64,000 nucleotides of DNA from Schmidtea nova (GCA_044892505.1 CM097883.1:202058001-202122000); one strand, 5' to 3'; positions 27,355-41,419 are shown, counted from the stretch's first letter. Notes: generated from the sequence alone by a model not told the origin. Numbers and translations are program-made.

Positions 27355-29174
27355 TACAACAAAGACATTACAATACATTCAATGCCAATCCTTATCAAAG
27401 ACATATCAATGCCAAAATAACTAAACAAAGACATTTTATTGCCAAATTCCTTAACAAAGACAATTCAATGCTAAATTCCGTAACAAAGACAATTCAATGC
27501 CAAAATAACTAAATAAAGACATTTTATTGCCAAATTCCTTAACAAAGACAATTCAATGCTAAATTCCGTAACAAAGACAATTCAATGCCAAAATAACTAA
27601 ATAAAGACATTGTGATGCCAAAACACCTTAACAAAGACATATCAATGCTAAAATCCTAAACAAAGACATTTCAATGCAAAAAACCTAACAAGGACATTGC
27701 AACACATATGCAAGTTAACAAAGACATTGCAATGTAGATACAAGTTAACAAAGACATACATGCAAGTTAATAAACAAAACAAAATAATAATAATAACTTA
27801 GAAAAAATATATAATACAGGGTTATTCCGAAATATATATAAATTATTCCAAAACATATCTAAATTATTCCAAAATATATATAATCTATTCCAAAATATAT
27901 ATAAATTATTCCAGAATATATATACGAAATACATTTTTAGTGAATATACAATACTCGTTCTCCGCTTTCGTATAAATCAGTTATTGTTAATTTATATATC
28001 AATTTATATTTTAAATTTCTTAAACCATATGGAAAAGCAACAGAATCTTAATACTCGTGTAAGGCGTGAAGATACAGTACCAACAGGTCCCGTGCGGAAG
28101 AAAAGAATCAACGTCTCAGTTGATATGATTAAATATTTAAAAAATATGGTCACAAAAGCTACCCCAATCAAAGAAATTGCATCAACACTAGGAATTTCAA
28201 TACAGTGCGTTTACAAAATGATGAGAAAGCATCAAGAATGCATTGAAGAAAATATTCCAATGGAAGAAACAATTAAGAAGTGTGGACGTAAAAAAAAGAC
28301 GAATTGAGTGTTATCGAATCTAAAGTCCTTGAAATCATACAAAATGACTGTAGTCTTACACAGAGAGGAGTGGTAGATAAATTAAGACAAATTAATATTG
28401 TATGCAGTCAATCGAATGTAAGTAAGATTTTTAAACGAACGAATATAACGAGGAAGCGACTTAAACGAAAATCTATAAAAACTGTAAGTGCTGACGTTAT
28501 CAACGCAAGAAAAATTTATGCCAGAGAAATGAGAATGATTAATAATTCGAGATTATTGTTTTTGGATGAAAGTGGATCTTATCTCCATACTACCAACAAC
28601 TATGGATATTCGCCGAAGAACATTGATGCAATCAAGCTCGTACCAGCAAACAGAGGCAGAAACATTTCACTTATTTCAATTGTGTCATATAGTGGAATCT
28701 TAAAATACAAATCGTTGGATGGTGCATTTAACAGTGTTGAGTTGATCGCATTCCTTGCCGAAGCAAAAAACTCAGGAGTGTTTTTTCCCAATTGTGTATT
28801 AGTATTGGACAATGTCAAATTTCATCATTCTCCTGGCGTAATACATAGGCTGAATGAGAACCAGGTCGATTACAAGTTTCTTCCCCCTTATAGTCCCGAA
28901 CTCAATCCTATAGAGGAGGTATTTTCTGTAATTAAGGCGAGATATCATACTCTGAGGCCCCTACCTCGTAATTACAACGACGTGAAATTTAATATTGCGA
29001 ATGCTATTGAAAATATAAACGGTGATAATACTTTGATCTTTGAACACTTTTATGAAGCAGATATCTTGACTTGTCGTTCCGCGGAGAGCAGTTTTGAAGC
29101 AATATTATGGAAATAAACCCATATTGAAAATAAGTTATATGTAGTAGTTCGAATTTTTGGTTAGTGTAAAATTC

Positions 29175-29219
<45 letters not shown>

Positions 29220-30030
29220 TTTGATAATGCAATTCATGTGCAATATTAACAAAAACAATGCAATACATATGCAAGTTAACAAAGACATTACAATGCAGAT
29301 ACTAGTTAACAAANNNNNNNNNNNNNNNNNNNNNNNNNNNNNNNNNNNNNNNNNNNNNNNNNNNNNNNNNNNNNNNNNNNNNNNNNNNNNNNNNNNNNNN
29401 NNNNNNNNNNNNNNNNNNNNNNNNNNNNNNNNNNNNNNNNNNNNNNNNNNNNNNNNNNNNNNNNNNNNNNNNNNNNNNNNNNNNNNNNNNNNNNNNNNNN
29501 NNNNNNNNNNNNNNNNNNNNNNNNNNNNNNNNNNNNNNNNNNNNNNNNNNNNNNNNNNNNNNNNNNNNNNNNNNNNAATCATAACAAAGACATTATAATC
29601 CATGTGCAGTAATAACAAAGACATTGCAATCCAGATTCAAGTTAACAAAGACATTGCAAGCCCGATTAACAAAGACATGCATGCAAGTTAATAATAATGA
29701 TATTAATATAATTTTGACACTGCAATCCATGTGCAATATTAACAAAGACATTACAATACATATACAATACATATTGCAATGCAGATGCAAGCCAAATTAT
29801 CAAAGACATACACGTAAGTTAACAAAGACATTAGTAATAATAATAATAAAATTAAAATACATCAACGTAATATATATTCATTTTCCTACACATTTTGACA
29901 ATGCGATTCATATGCAATATTAACAAAAACATTGCAATACAGATGCAATTTTAAAAAGACATGCATTGTTAGCAAGCTCGAATAACAAAGACATTACAAT
30001 GCAGTTGCAAGCCAAGTTAACAAAGACAAG
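27355..30030. repeat. AACAAAGACAT-containing ~25-30 bp subterminal repeat array of element B, split by the Tc1 insertion and a gap
   Basis: Dozens of aacaaagaca(t) units; the same motif is in the element A TIRs. Confidence 0.85.
27817..29122 (+). mobile_element. Tc1/IS630-type DD34E transposon; transposase 28029-29116 with one frameshift at an A8 run near 28290
   Basis: HTH N-terminus; FLDES, LDNVKFH, PPYSPELNPIE with D34E spacing; left end ta-cagggttattcc. Confidence 0.88.
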
Positions 30031-30271
30031 ATGTCAAAAATAAAATAAAAGACTAATTATTAATCACAAAGTGCATTCTCTTAGCAAGGTTCTGATAAAA
30101 ATAAATGAAAATACATATATTTTGTACGACATTATATGTATATCACATGATATTCATCAATATTTATACCATAAGATTCACACTTATCCGAGTTTTTTAA
30201 ACAATTTGAACAAATAATGACATGTTGACAAGGTAAATATAAAATAGGCACTTTCTTCAAAATAGGCACTT

Positions 30272-30346
<75 letters not shown>

Positions 30347-30349
30347 TTA

Positions 30350-31797
30350 TATCTTCAATTACATGAAGAAATTTATCTACACAATTCAGCTCTAAAAATG
30401 ATTTTTAGATATTTAAGACACCATTAAGACACTGAGGACACCATTGACAGCAAATACGGATAGAAGTTATTGATGCATTTCTGCAATTTAAGAAGCGATT
30501 TAAATGAGTTATGGCGATGTAATGAAAACTTTTATTATTATTTTAAAGCAATAAATTAATTGGTGTTCATCCTAAAACCTTACTTTGATAAATTATATAT
30601 ATAAAGGGATGATTCATTATAGTCTGTATTACTTATATCAATCAGTGCAGTTTAATCATACGAAAAAACATTAATTGCATATCCTGGATTTTGTCGTTCA
30701 AACTTAGAAAATTTTCCAAGTTTCATATGCATATCAGCAACATCATATTTTAATTGTGAAAGATTATAAGAAGAAGGAAGATTTCTCAATTCAGGAATAA
30801 TACTATCATATTTTAAAATAGCCAAAATACTATAAAGAAAGCAAAACCTATCCTCATTTTCAAAATTAAAAATACAATATTTACGAATTAAAGTTTTAGG
30901 AGTTGCAAAAAATCGGCGACCCCTTAAACGACTAATTTCACTATATTTATTCAACAGAAAACTTATATATTCAATTTTATGGATCGTCTAATTTGAACCC
31001 TTTTCGTTAATTTTAATAATCTTTTCGTTTAAAAGAGCAATACCTTAATCAATGAAGGTATCACTCATAATTCAGGCAGAATTTGAGATTACGAAAGATT
31101 GGAGTTTGTCATCTTTCTCAAATTCTACCTTTATACAAAACTGTTTTTTTACAGAATTCATCTGCGAAACGGTTAAATTTAATTTATCAATTAAAATATC
31201 CGGGACAACAACAATTTTTAAGTTTCTAGATGATAGATCCATTTTTAAAATTACGTGGGAATTATTTAAATTGGAAATAACCTCGACATTTCCGCATCCT
31301 ATTTGATTAATTAAATTATTATTATTAATTATTTCATCTTCATCATCATCCCTGATTTCGATGATTTCATCGTAACTAATTTAAATTATTTGATATTTTT
31401 TAGGAATTGAATCCTCATTAAAAGTTTTCTTTTATTATTATTTGTTTATTTATATTAGTTTAATAATTTATTTGATTGTTATTAAGTATTGATTCATTGT
31501 TGATATTTTGTATTTGTTAGTGTAATTGTTGATAAATTATCGGTTGATTATTAATTTTTTGGTTAATGTTGTGTGTTGAATATACTGTATAAAAAATTGA
31601 TTTATTAGATGTCATATACTGACTGAAATGAATGTAAAATTTTTCATAAAATTCTGTATATGGGATGTTGTCTATAATATTATATTTAGGGCATAAAATG
31701 TGGGTGATACAGTTATACTTATAAAAGTAACACTTTTCCATAATGACGTGGCAATCATTATGGGAAGTACTGCTGCACTATTGTGGATATAAATTGC
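30350..31797 (-). pseudogene. Element B protein-primed DNA polymerase B, 5' part only (truncated at a (TA)n tract)
   Basis: Aligns with the element A pPolB (MEK.Y.YKYN..TH.LCP; SEISRL; CFLYS.LA; KFERQN); stops and frameshifts. Confidence 0.9.
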
Positions 31798-31964
31798 CTA
31801 CATAACAAAAATAAAATATTAAATATATGTATAAAATTATTCTATTTACCTTTAACATATTACATAATGATTTAAAAAACTATTACATATTATATTAAAG
31901 GTTAACATAAAAAATATAAATTTTCGACGTAACTTTTCATTCGGTAATATATTTTCATTATAAA

Positions 31965-32034
31965 GCAGCGGTTTCCAACCTTTATGCTACCGAGGCTCCC
32001 CAAAGATTTTTTTTTCTTGGCGCCTCCCCATCTT

Positions 32035-32094
<60 letters not shown>

Positions 32095-33500
32095 ATATAA
32101 ACACTTTTTAAACAAAAATAACTTTATTAGAAAAAAAATTAAAACTACAATTAACAGAGTAAAAACAAGGTTTTGCTATAACATAAGAACATGTATATTT
32201 ATTTGTATATTAAATTAATAATTAACCCTACGTCGGTAGCGCCCATTTTCCTTACATCAACGGTCGCGTAGGGTCTTAAAGGCCCAAAACTTAGAAAAAC
32301 CGACTTAACTTTTTAATTATTTAAGTTAGAGGTTTGTGTGTCTCAGTAGTTGCCTATTTTTTTAGATATATAGTTATAAGTATCTTGATGTTTAAAGGTA
32401 AAGAATGCCTGGAATTTCTTGTTATTATGTAAAAGAGTTTAAATTTTATTATTTTTTTATTTGATAATTTTAAACTCAAAGTGCTAAAAATGAGGAAATG
32501 GTCTGTTTTCTAATAAGTTATAATTTCCATGCCAAAATAAATAAAGAAATACAAAATATGCTTTATTGTCGTTAAATATATACCCATATAACAGAAAAAC
32601 ATAAAAACCATATACAAAACAGTTGCAACAAATTACGCAACTGTTATAATTATTTGGCGAAATTTTATATATTTATAATATATGTATATTATACATATCA
32701 TAATTATCTTTTTTCACCTTTGATCTTTTTTTATTATTATTATCAATAATTCTCATAATGACTATAGATCAAAATTTTTTTTTATAAACAATAACACAAT
32801 ATTTCGGCACAGCCTTTATCATTGTGTTATTGTTTATAAATATATTATAAATATAAATATAAATATTTATAAATATTTATAAATATAAATAATATTGTGT
32901 TATTGTTTATAAAAAAAAATTTTGATCTATAGTCATTATGAGAATTATTGATAATAATAATATTATACATATATAATAAATATATAAAATTTCCCCAAAT
33001 AATTATAACAGTTGCGGAATTTGTTGCAACTGTTTTGCATACGATTCGCCGAACATTATTCGAACCATATCAACAGCAGCTGGTAAAATTAGGGTTTCTC
33101 CTATTGTATGTGGTTTCTTACATTTCGCAGTTCGGTATGAGACATGGTACGAAACTATTTTTTTGAACGTTTCTTTTTGAATATTTATCTCGTGCAATTT
33201 TCTTTGAAAAAATTATATGGGCTTGTTAACATATGCAGGGTGTAGAGTTTCATGGTGCCGTTTTAATTTTACTGGTCTCATACTACCTGAAGCAAACTTT
33301 CAAACACAACAAGCCCATTGGTTTTTCCGAGCCATCTATAACAACACTTGTAAATCCTAACGATAAATATGATGGACAGTATTGTCTTTTCTTGGGAGTT
33401 TTACCTCCTTCTTTTTTGCTATTATTCCCACTTGTACCAGCATCATTATCTTCATTATTTTCGACTTTTCTCTTGTACCCACTCAAAAATTTATCCATTT
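31965..33500 (-). mobile_element. hAT (Buster/ZBED5/SCAND3-like) remnant inserted in element B
   Basis: MDKFL...KKRQY...YL.LGF; KKPHTIGETLILPAA; cagcggtttccaacct terminus. Confidence 0.8.
32698..32960. mobile_element. Palindromic Penelope-like pLTR-derived repeat nested in the hAT remnant
   Basis: Same arms as the 6497 and 9285 family. Confidence 0.55.
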
Positions 33501-33829
33501 GTCTAAAAATATTTTATTGATATAATTTAAAATAAATAATAATTAAATTTTAATTCACAAATCTTTATTATTTTGAAAAACTAATTTACAAAATTTCCTT
33601 TTGAATATTTAAACAACCTTTTACAAACCAAATTAAAAAAATAAATCATAATTTACAAATTTTCCATAAAAAAATAACTAAAAGGTAATTTACCAAAAGT
33701 ACTTTTTTTTAACAATAAAATATAAACTAATTTCTTATTTTTCTTTAACAATGAAAAAAATAAACTAATTTCAATAGTTCATAATTAGACATTGATATTT
33801 AAAATTTTTCCAACAATTTGTCTAAGTCT

Positions 33830-34207
33830 GAAATAGTTTTTCTTTCATCAATATCTTTATCAAACATTAAAGTTCTGACTTTAAGATTCTGTGAAATCCG
33901 AATTCTATTATATACGATCGGTTTACCCATAGTTTGCAATTTACTTATTAATAAATTGGGATAATAATATCCAAATGAATCAAATACATGTATTAGATCC
34001 GGTTTAACGTAAACAGCAATTCAATGTTCACCGCCAAAAGTAGATATCTGAGTATTTACAATAATGGCTTGAATAACATCCAAATACGGAATTTTATCTA
34101 GTGGATAGACTCTAATAAATTGATTTCCCAATAGTTTTTACCAAGTCTATATAACTGAACAGAACTAATTTAATTAATTATTTTACAAATTAAAAAACTT
34201 ACTCCAT
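33830..34207 (-). pseudogene. Element B adenain-like cysteine protease with a 38-nt intron (34165-34202)
   Basis: MD|SVQLYRLGKKLLGNQF...IIVNTQ.ST.GGEH*; homolog of 50571-50948. Confidence 0.85.
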
Positions 34208-34225
34208 GACAATTATTATTATCTT

Positions 34226-35045
34226 TTGCATGTAGACAAGAATCAATTTAGGATTGTTTCCACGTCTTGCAAAGTTAGCAGTATGTTCACTAATAAATGT
34301 CCAACGCCATCTGGTTTGTGTTCTGAGCTCGTGTATCAATTTTCATGTAATAGGTGTAATGCCACATACATTGGAGAGACTGCCCGTCATTTCTGCAGTC
34401 GAGTTCTTGAGCATTGCCGACCAAAAGGATTGACTTATATTAGTGATCATTTTAGGAAATGTGTCAGTAAAAAATAGGTATCTCTGATTTTAAAATTATT
34501 TCAAAAGGTTTAAGTAATTATTGGGAACGAGTAACTTGTGAAGCATTGTTTATTAGATATTTAAATACAAAAATAAATGATCAAGTTGCCCGTTCCTCGG
34601 ATATTTTGAATGTGTTTAACTAACTGAATGTTGAATGTTGAATGTTGCGAATTGTGTTTGTGGTAAAATTATGTTTGTTTTTTTGTGAACATTTTAATTT
34701 TTTTTAAATTTGTGAATTTTATGTTGAATTTTAAAATTTTATTTTATTTTTAAAATAATATGTATGTTGTTCTATGTTCTATGTTGTTTGTTTTTTAATT
34801 AATTTTAAAAATTTTATATAATAAAATAAAATAAAATAAATTATATTTTTAAATTTTTAAATAAAAATTTTTATATAGTATGGAGATGATTATTATTAAT
34901 TAATTTGCTTAGATTTGGCATATTTTCGATTTTATTATTGATTATCCTGATTGCTGCATGACGAAGATTGTTATACAATCGAAATATATCGCGTTTATGT
35001 TGAATTTACTGAGTTGACGTTTTTCTATTATTAAATCATTGCCAC
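34226..35045 (+). mobile_element. Penelope-like element 3' fragment (GIY-YIG endonuclease plus pLTR) replacing the 3' half of the element B capsid gene
   Basis: LVYQFSCNRCNATYIGETARHFCSRVLEH; hammerhead-like motif at 34955-34993. Confidence 0.8.
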
Positions 35046-35059
35046 GTTCTTTTGATTAT

Positions 35060-35524
35060 TTACATGTTGAAAAGTTTCGATCCCTTAATCCACTTTTTTC
35101 TATCTTCAGATGCACCATATCCCATTGGATTAAGACAAGTTTCTTTTGCATCACTCGTATAATTTAAAATAGTTTCGACAATTGCCTTGTGTGCATATAC
35201 ATTATTTCCACCCTCAAACTTTATATTATTAAATCCAAGAATTGCATCATTGAAAAAAGTATGAAACAAATAATTATTAGGCACTACATCACTCGCATCA
35301 GCTAATTAATTTTTATCTTTACCTACAACTTTGACAGTAACAGATAATAAAGTATCTTACAAATCTAAATATTCGGTTTGAGAACCATTAATGTAAAATT
35401 ACACATCATTTCTACTATCTGTAATAGAATTCATTGGAAACACATCTTCAAACACTCCATATTCAATAACTGCTTGGGAAGATGGTCTATTAAAAAGACA
35501 TAATTCATATTTACCGCAAATCAT
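35060..35524 (-). pseudogene. Element B major capsid protein (PY, double jelly-roll), N-terminal part
   Basis: MICGKYELCLFNRPSSQAVIE...FYINGSQTEYLD...PNNYLFHTFF...YAHKAIVETILNY resembles the Polinton MCP N-terminus. Confidence 0.8.
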
Positions 35525-35907
35525 TCTTCAAATATAGTTACATGTCCTTTCATTCGATTGTTAATACGCTTTCAACCCTTTTAACGTCTTGATCCTACTC
35601 GTTCAGGTTCCGATTTAGTTTTGGTAAACATATTTGTAATGGAAGAAAGCATTTGTGTTACAGCAGGTAAAGCTTTAAAAACTGCAGCCAAAGCATTTGT
35701 TTTCAATGATGGTTATATTTTATTATCTTTCATGATAACATCTTTGGCAGTTTTCATTTCAAAACTACCTATTCACTTAAGAATCAGAAGTGCAAATCTA
35801 TCAATAGTTTTCAACCACCCTGATCCATACTGTTTACATACAAAATAAGGTAATTCACCAGCAGTTTGGTTATTACTGTACAAAGAAACTATGTCGGGAT
35901 TACTCAT
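35521..35907 (-). pseudogene. Element B PM-like small structural protein
   Basis: ELPYFVCKQYGSGWLKTI.RFA..ILK: QxGxG followed by an amphipathic helix; lies between penton and MCP. Confidence 0.6.
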
Positions 35908-37707
35908 CGCATTTTTCGAAAATGTAGAGTCAAATGAGTTTTTGAATTTTTTGGAAAGTTTATTAAATCACCTCTATCACCTCTGATATTAATTTCTATA
36001 TTGTTTATTTTCTACTTGTATTTGAACTCCTTCATCCTGTTCATGTTTTCCAATCAATATCGATTTTAACATAGGAACTAATAAATCGCCAATAATTATA
36101 GGATTGACTATATTACTGTAAATGAACATTTGTTGATAAAGTTTAATTATTTTCTGTTTATTTATTTCTAAATTTCCATCTTGAGCATATGTTGCTTTCG
36201 CTAATCCCAATGTCTTTTCGAGGTTTCTGTCAAAAAGTAATTTCACTAATATCCGGATTCAAACTGAATTTGAAGAAAGTATCATCTACCAATTCCAATG
36301 ATTTAAAAATACTTGCACAATTTTGAATCAAATANNNNNNNNNNNNNNNNNNNNNNNNNNNNNNNNNNNNNNNNNNNNNNNNNNNNNNNNNNNNNNNNNN
36401 NNNNNNNNNNNNNNNNNNNNNNNNNNNNNNNNNNNNNNNNNNNNNNNNNNNNNNNNNNNNNNNNNNNNNNNNNNNNNNNNNNNNNNNNNNNNNNNNNNNN
36501 TTATTCTTTTTATTAATTTTTATTATGGTATTTATTATCATTTGTTGTTGTTATTAATATTGTGACCGCTTAGATGATTGCGGACACCGGGAACCCCCCT
36601 TTTTATTATTGTTTATATGATGGCAATTACGCCTTAAAATAATAATAATAAATTTAAAGCAAGATCAAATTTAAAAAAAACAAAATCAAAATCAATTCCT
36701 ATAGAAATTAAATTACTATAGGAATTTGATAAATAGTTAATTGATTGAAAAATTAAAAAGACTAACTGAAATTTGGAAATTAAGTTACAAATAGAGAAAA
36801 CCAAATAAATCGAAAAATATTACCGGGGAAAAAAGAATTTGGAAAAGAAAAGAAAATTGATTAAAAAATTTAAAATGATTTTAAAAGATGCCTTCAGTTT
36901 ACTAACTTAATTTAGCCAGTTTTAAAGAAGCCTATAAAGAATTTGTTAAAGAAAATATCAGTAAAAGTTTCATAAAAGTATCAGACGATAGAATGAAGTA
37001 TTAATCCCCAGCAAAATCGTGAGTACGTGTTGTTATTTATAATAAAAATTGTGATTCTGCATTCGTACACAGGCATGCACACACTCAACCCAAAAGCACG
37101 TACACAGAACACACCCCGAGTGTCCCAACATAAATCGGTGACTCTCTCGGGCACTACAACATCTCTTAATACCCTTAGCTTACATTATATATATATATAT
37201 ATATATGTAAATGTAGTATCAGCCTTGTACTCCATCTTTATTTTAATCTTTTCCCACTTTTCTCCAACTTTGGTATATTCAGGTAACCGCATCTTGTATA
37301 TATCCGTAGAACTTTCATAACTCTCTTTCGGTAATCCTAATCTTTTCGTCATTGCCAAAGTATCAAATGTTATAGTGAAGGGATAATAATCACAGGTGAA
37401 ATATATAAAATTCTTATCGTTAGATATTTGAGCAATATCATCGGCAGGATTAGATATATCAACTTTATCTAGTTCATTGTCAATTACCAAATCTTTATAT
37501 CTTGAGTGCAAAGTTTTCATTTTGTACTGAATTTCAGCTTTACTATAAAATGGAAAGTGATTATACACAAACGTTGTCCAAGATGGCGATTTCCCAAATA
37601 CCTTCTAAATAAATCGGATTTCGTAGATTGATCATGAATTTACTGGCAGTATTATCTGGATGTATATCGGGATAACTATTGCTTGCTCAAATAGTATAAA
37701 AATTCAT
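35904..37707 (-). pseudogene. Element B minor capsid protein (penton, PX), interrupted by an LTR-like insertion and a gap
   Basis: MNFYTI.ASNSYPDIHPDNTASKF...LEGIWEIA N-terminus; MFIYSNIVNPIIIGDLLVPMLKSI; C-terminal TLHFRK. Confidence 0.8.
36540..37190. mobile_element. Solo-LTR-like insertion in the penton gene; related sequence starts near 57797
   Basis: Shared ttgcggacaccgg..a.c.cccttttt motif; interrupts a coding region. Confidence 0.45.
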
Positions 37708-38754
37708 TTTACGAGGTTTTTTGATGATATCCATGATGGTTCTTTATATCCATGTCACTTAACATAGTATTGTTTATCTTTACCTACCATTTTAGTTTTC
37801 AAATTTTTTTGAATTCTAAATATTGTGGGAAGGGGAATAACTTGTAATTATTGTTCATAGGATTTACCACTGACTATATTGTTATCAGAGTAAGAAATAG
37901 TATACATGACAGGATTCTGGATTGTGTTGACTTTCGATATTTTAAATACCTCGTCGATCTAATTACTATCAAAAACTTTATTAAATGGCGATACGCTAAT
38001 TTTACTAATTCGAATATGATCACCTATTTTATATTTTGGTTTCTTTATTTTCGTATCACTCAAAATATTTTCAGTATCAACTACTTCAGCGGGTTTCTTT
38101 CCATTTACACCTCGATGCGTAGAATGATTCTAACTATGAATCATTTGTCGTAAAACAATAATCCATATTTTATTCCCTTGATGCACAAAACATTTTTCAA
38201 ACGATCCCTCAAGGTACGATAAAATCTTTCAACATGAGCTGCTTTGAATTGAGAGAATACTGAGTAATGATTGATTCCCTTTATGATTTCTTTGACTTTA
38301 CTATTGTAAAATTTCTTACCTAAATAAATAATTATCATTTTATAAAATAATATATAATCTAACCCAAATCAGTTTGTAAATTAGCTGGATGTCCATTTAT
38401 TTGAACATTGTTTTGATTGCAATAGCCATTTCATTAGCAGATTTAGACTTTACTGGAATAGCCCGAGTAAAATGTCTGTAAACATCTATACATGTTAAAA
38501 TATACTTGTATCCCTTTTTTTAATTTTGAATATGGAATCATTTCCATCAAATCCATCTGCCACAAATCATTAGTTCTACATGTTTTGTATGTTCGAGTCG
38601 GAAACCGTTTCTGTATCGGTTTGTGTAGACTGTATGTAAGTTTCCTCGATAACCAACTTTGAGTCTGTTTTTTCGAATTCAATACTTTTTTGTTAAGCTT
38701 TTCGACTCCACCGAAACCTGCTTCGTCTTTTGGGTTGGTCCATATCTTCTCCAT
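37704..38754 (-). pseudogene. Element B retroviral-type (rve) integrase with C-terminal chromodomain-like region
   Basis: DLWQMDLMEM, LQTDLG (interrupted), KAAHVERFYRTLR; C-terminal YYVK*HGYKEPSWI. Confidence 0.88.
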
Positions 38755-38809
38755 TACAACAAGAAGATTTAAAGTTCAAATTAAGATTAGGCAATGATTG
38801 TCCCATTGT

Positions 38810-39303
38810 TTATGACCGTTTTCCTAATAAACCAGCACCTCCCAATAGTGATAATGCTAATGGTAACAATGCTGCAATAAATCCTCCTTGTTGTTAATAT
38901 ATTATTTTACCCATTATTTTACTATTTTTAGTTTTTACAAGTGATAACAAAGTTTTTTTGTGTTTGTTCAAAACCCTTCTATTTGATTCACTTATCATTA
39001 AAATCATTAATAAATCGTCAATAACGTAATTAAGAAACGATTGTAAAATACTCATCCTTCTAATACTAGGTGCTTTAAAAACAATTAAAAACAATGGAAA
39101 CTACGATGATGTATTTGTTTTGGATTAAGTTTTATAGTATTTTGAATACGATTACTCTTTTGGAATATTGTCAATAAGTAATTTTTAAGATGGTGTATAA
39201 CTGGTTTTTGAAACTGGTTTCTTTGAAACTAGTTTCTTTCCTAGTTTCTTTTTTTTCTAGCCTTTATCAAGCACGAAAACTTTACTCGAGTTTTTATTAA
39301 CAT
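38810..39303 (-). pseudogene. Element B PW-like core protein
   Basis: Homolog of 51922-52431, including QQGGFIAALLPLALSLLGG. Confidence 0.8.
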
Positions 39304-39323
39304 GACTGATAATATACATTTAA

Positions 39324-39943
39324 TTAACTTTGTTTATAAACCATGGCCCCTTCCTTGTTAAAATTATCTGTTCTAACTCTTAAATCATCGCTACATTGTT
39401 GTGCAAAATCAAGAAAAAGATATATATGAGGAGCTTTTGTAGCATATTGAAACACTTCAATCAATAAATTCCGATTAGAAGGGTATGCTTGTCATGCAAG
39501 AAAATAAATAACTGTTGCGTCTCTAGGATTTTTAAAAACAACAAGATATTGAACGTTTAAATTACAAGTTCGATGACTACCACCATGATGAAATAAATTC
39601 TGAGAAATAAAAAAAACTGCCAAACCCTTGTGTCTAGCAAGCTTTGTAAATAAATTATTAAAATTCTTTTCTTTATTTGCTTCTTAATACAAGTCATCAA
39701 TAATAATCACATCACCACTTCGTAATCTAGATGACCAATTTTTATCAAAACCTTTTATTGTCATTTTTATTTTACAAAATTGATCTTGAGTCATTCCATG
39801 TTCATCAACCGCAACCCTATGCCAATAAATTTTATTAAACTTTGACTTGAATAATTTTGATTGTAATAATTTACAAACAAATAAAGTTTTCCACTCCCGC
39901 TCGTTCCAACAATTTGAAACACTGCATTATTTCTTAATTCCAT
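39324..39943 (-). pseudogene. Element B packaging ATPase
   Basis: GTSGSGK followed by a frameshift; aligns with 52452-53075. Confidence 0.9.
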
Positions 39944-40077
39944 ATTTAAAAATATATAAAAAATATATAAAATTATTAATTCCATATTTCAAATTTTATT
40001 AATTTATTATCATTTTTTATATTTGTTTTAAATAATATTTGTTTTTATTATTAACATATGTAAAAAATATTTCATTA

Positions 40078-40513
40078 ATGTTTAACAACAAAAATTATAA
40101 GGGTAATACAGATGTATCTCACATGAATTTTCGAAATAGGAAACAGCAAATTATTGATATAAATGGTAAATATCCGATAATATATTTTAAAACCGGGAGA
40201 TTTAGAATTATGGGGTTCAAGGAATTTATTAGCGATGAAAAAGTAAAGTTTTATGATTTAACAATCCAATCAATTACTGTAACAGCAGACGTGAGATTTA
40301 GTTGTAATTTAAATGATTTGGCTAAATTAATATAATGTGTTTACGAGCCAGAAATATTTCCAGCTTTAAGATAAATATATTTGCAAGCAGTAAAGTATAC
40401 TAGGTTTTAAAACTAAGTACTATTTAAATAAAGTTGATAATATTATTACCGATATAAAATCAATTATTGAAGATAAAGAGGTTTTAGATTTAATATTAAC
40501 ACGTGACTCATGA
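40078..40513 (+). pseudogene. Element B TBP-like gene (stops and an internal deletion)
   Basis: YPIIYFKTGRFRIMG, IQSITVTAD, VYEPEIFPALR; homolog of 53169-53636. Confidence 0.85.
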
Positions 40514-40644
40514 TTGCAATAAATCTGTAATATTAATGCACGATTCTGATTGGTTCAACTTGTATTTCGATAATAAAGACATGTTAGGCATACTCGAATC
40601 TGATTGGTTCAGTGTGTAAATGTCTGTACATGCCTTGTGTTTCT

Positions 40645-40712
<68 letters not shown>

Positions 40713-40749
40713 ATGGACATTTTGCAATCACTTACATTCACAATCAAAA

Positions 40750-41419
40750 ATGTCCGATTTAATGAAATATGGTAAAGTTTAAATTTTACTATTTTTTCAT
40801 TTTTAAATTTTTTTAGAGAAATTGATGGCCGTTCTTTTCGGTAAACTTGAAGAAATCTATCCTATGCTGATGCCAAAGCTGACCTATACGGCATCGGAGC
40901 TGTTTTCCTAAAAAATCCAATGCCTGACTGGGATCGATGTTCACCAGGTCTTGCTCGATCCCCTGGCTAATCGGGTCAGTGAAATATCATATATGGTAGA
41001 GCACATCTTGTGCGCCTACCAATGCGGCCATTGTATGGACCACATACAGAAGTTTCATATCTGGGTGTTACGGAACACCATCAACCAATTCAAATCGGAT
41101 TCCAAAAAATTGGAAAAAATTGACGAGGAGGATGATCAGCCAAAGCAATGGCCGAATTCGACACCCGAAGCGTCAGATGATGAAAATTCTCATGAATGCC
41201 ATAAATCGTCTGATTCTGAAAAATCGCCTGTATGCGATTAAACAAATGAATTGCCTCATTGTTCAAATGAATTGCAAAAATTCCAATTAACTTTTGGTAG
41301 TTCGACTGCGATGGATCAATCTCCCCAATGCGACGAAAATCAATCTATTGAATCGACTAAATCGCCTGATTGCGACTAATGCCATTGCAAGCTTTCAGAT
41401 ATAGAAATTTCAGAATGAA
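40750..41419 (+). pseudogene. Element B copy of the spliced Cys/His and acidic protein gene (intron 40772-40816)
   Basis: EHILCAYQCGHC and WPNSTPE shared with 53836-54498. Confidence 0.8.

Noticed and set aside
26341-30030. CRISPR-like look of the regularly spaced repeats
   Set aside because: Units are degenerate tandem copies without unique spacers; eukaryotic context, no cas genes; explained as Polinton subterminal repeats
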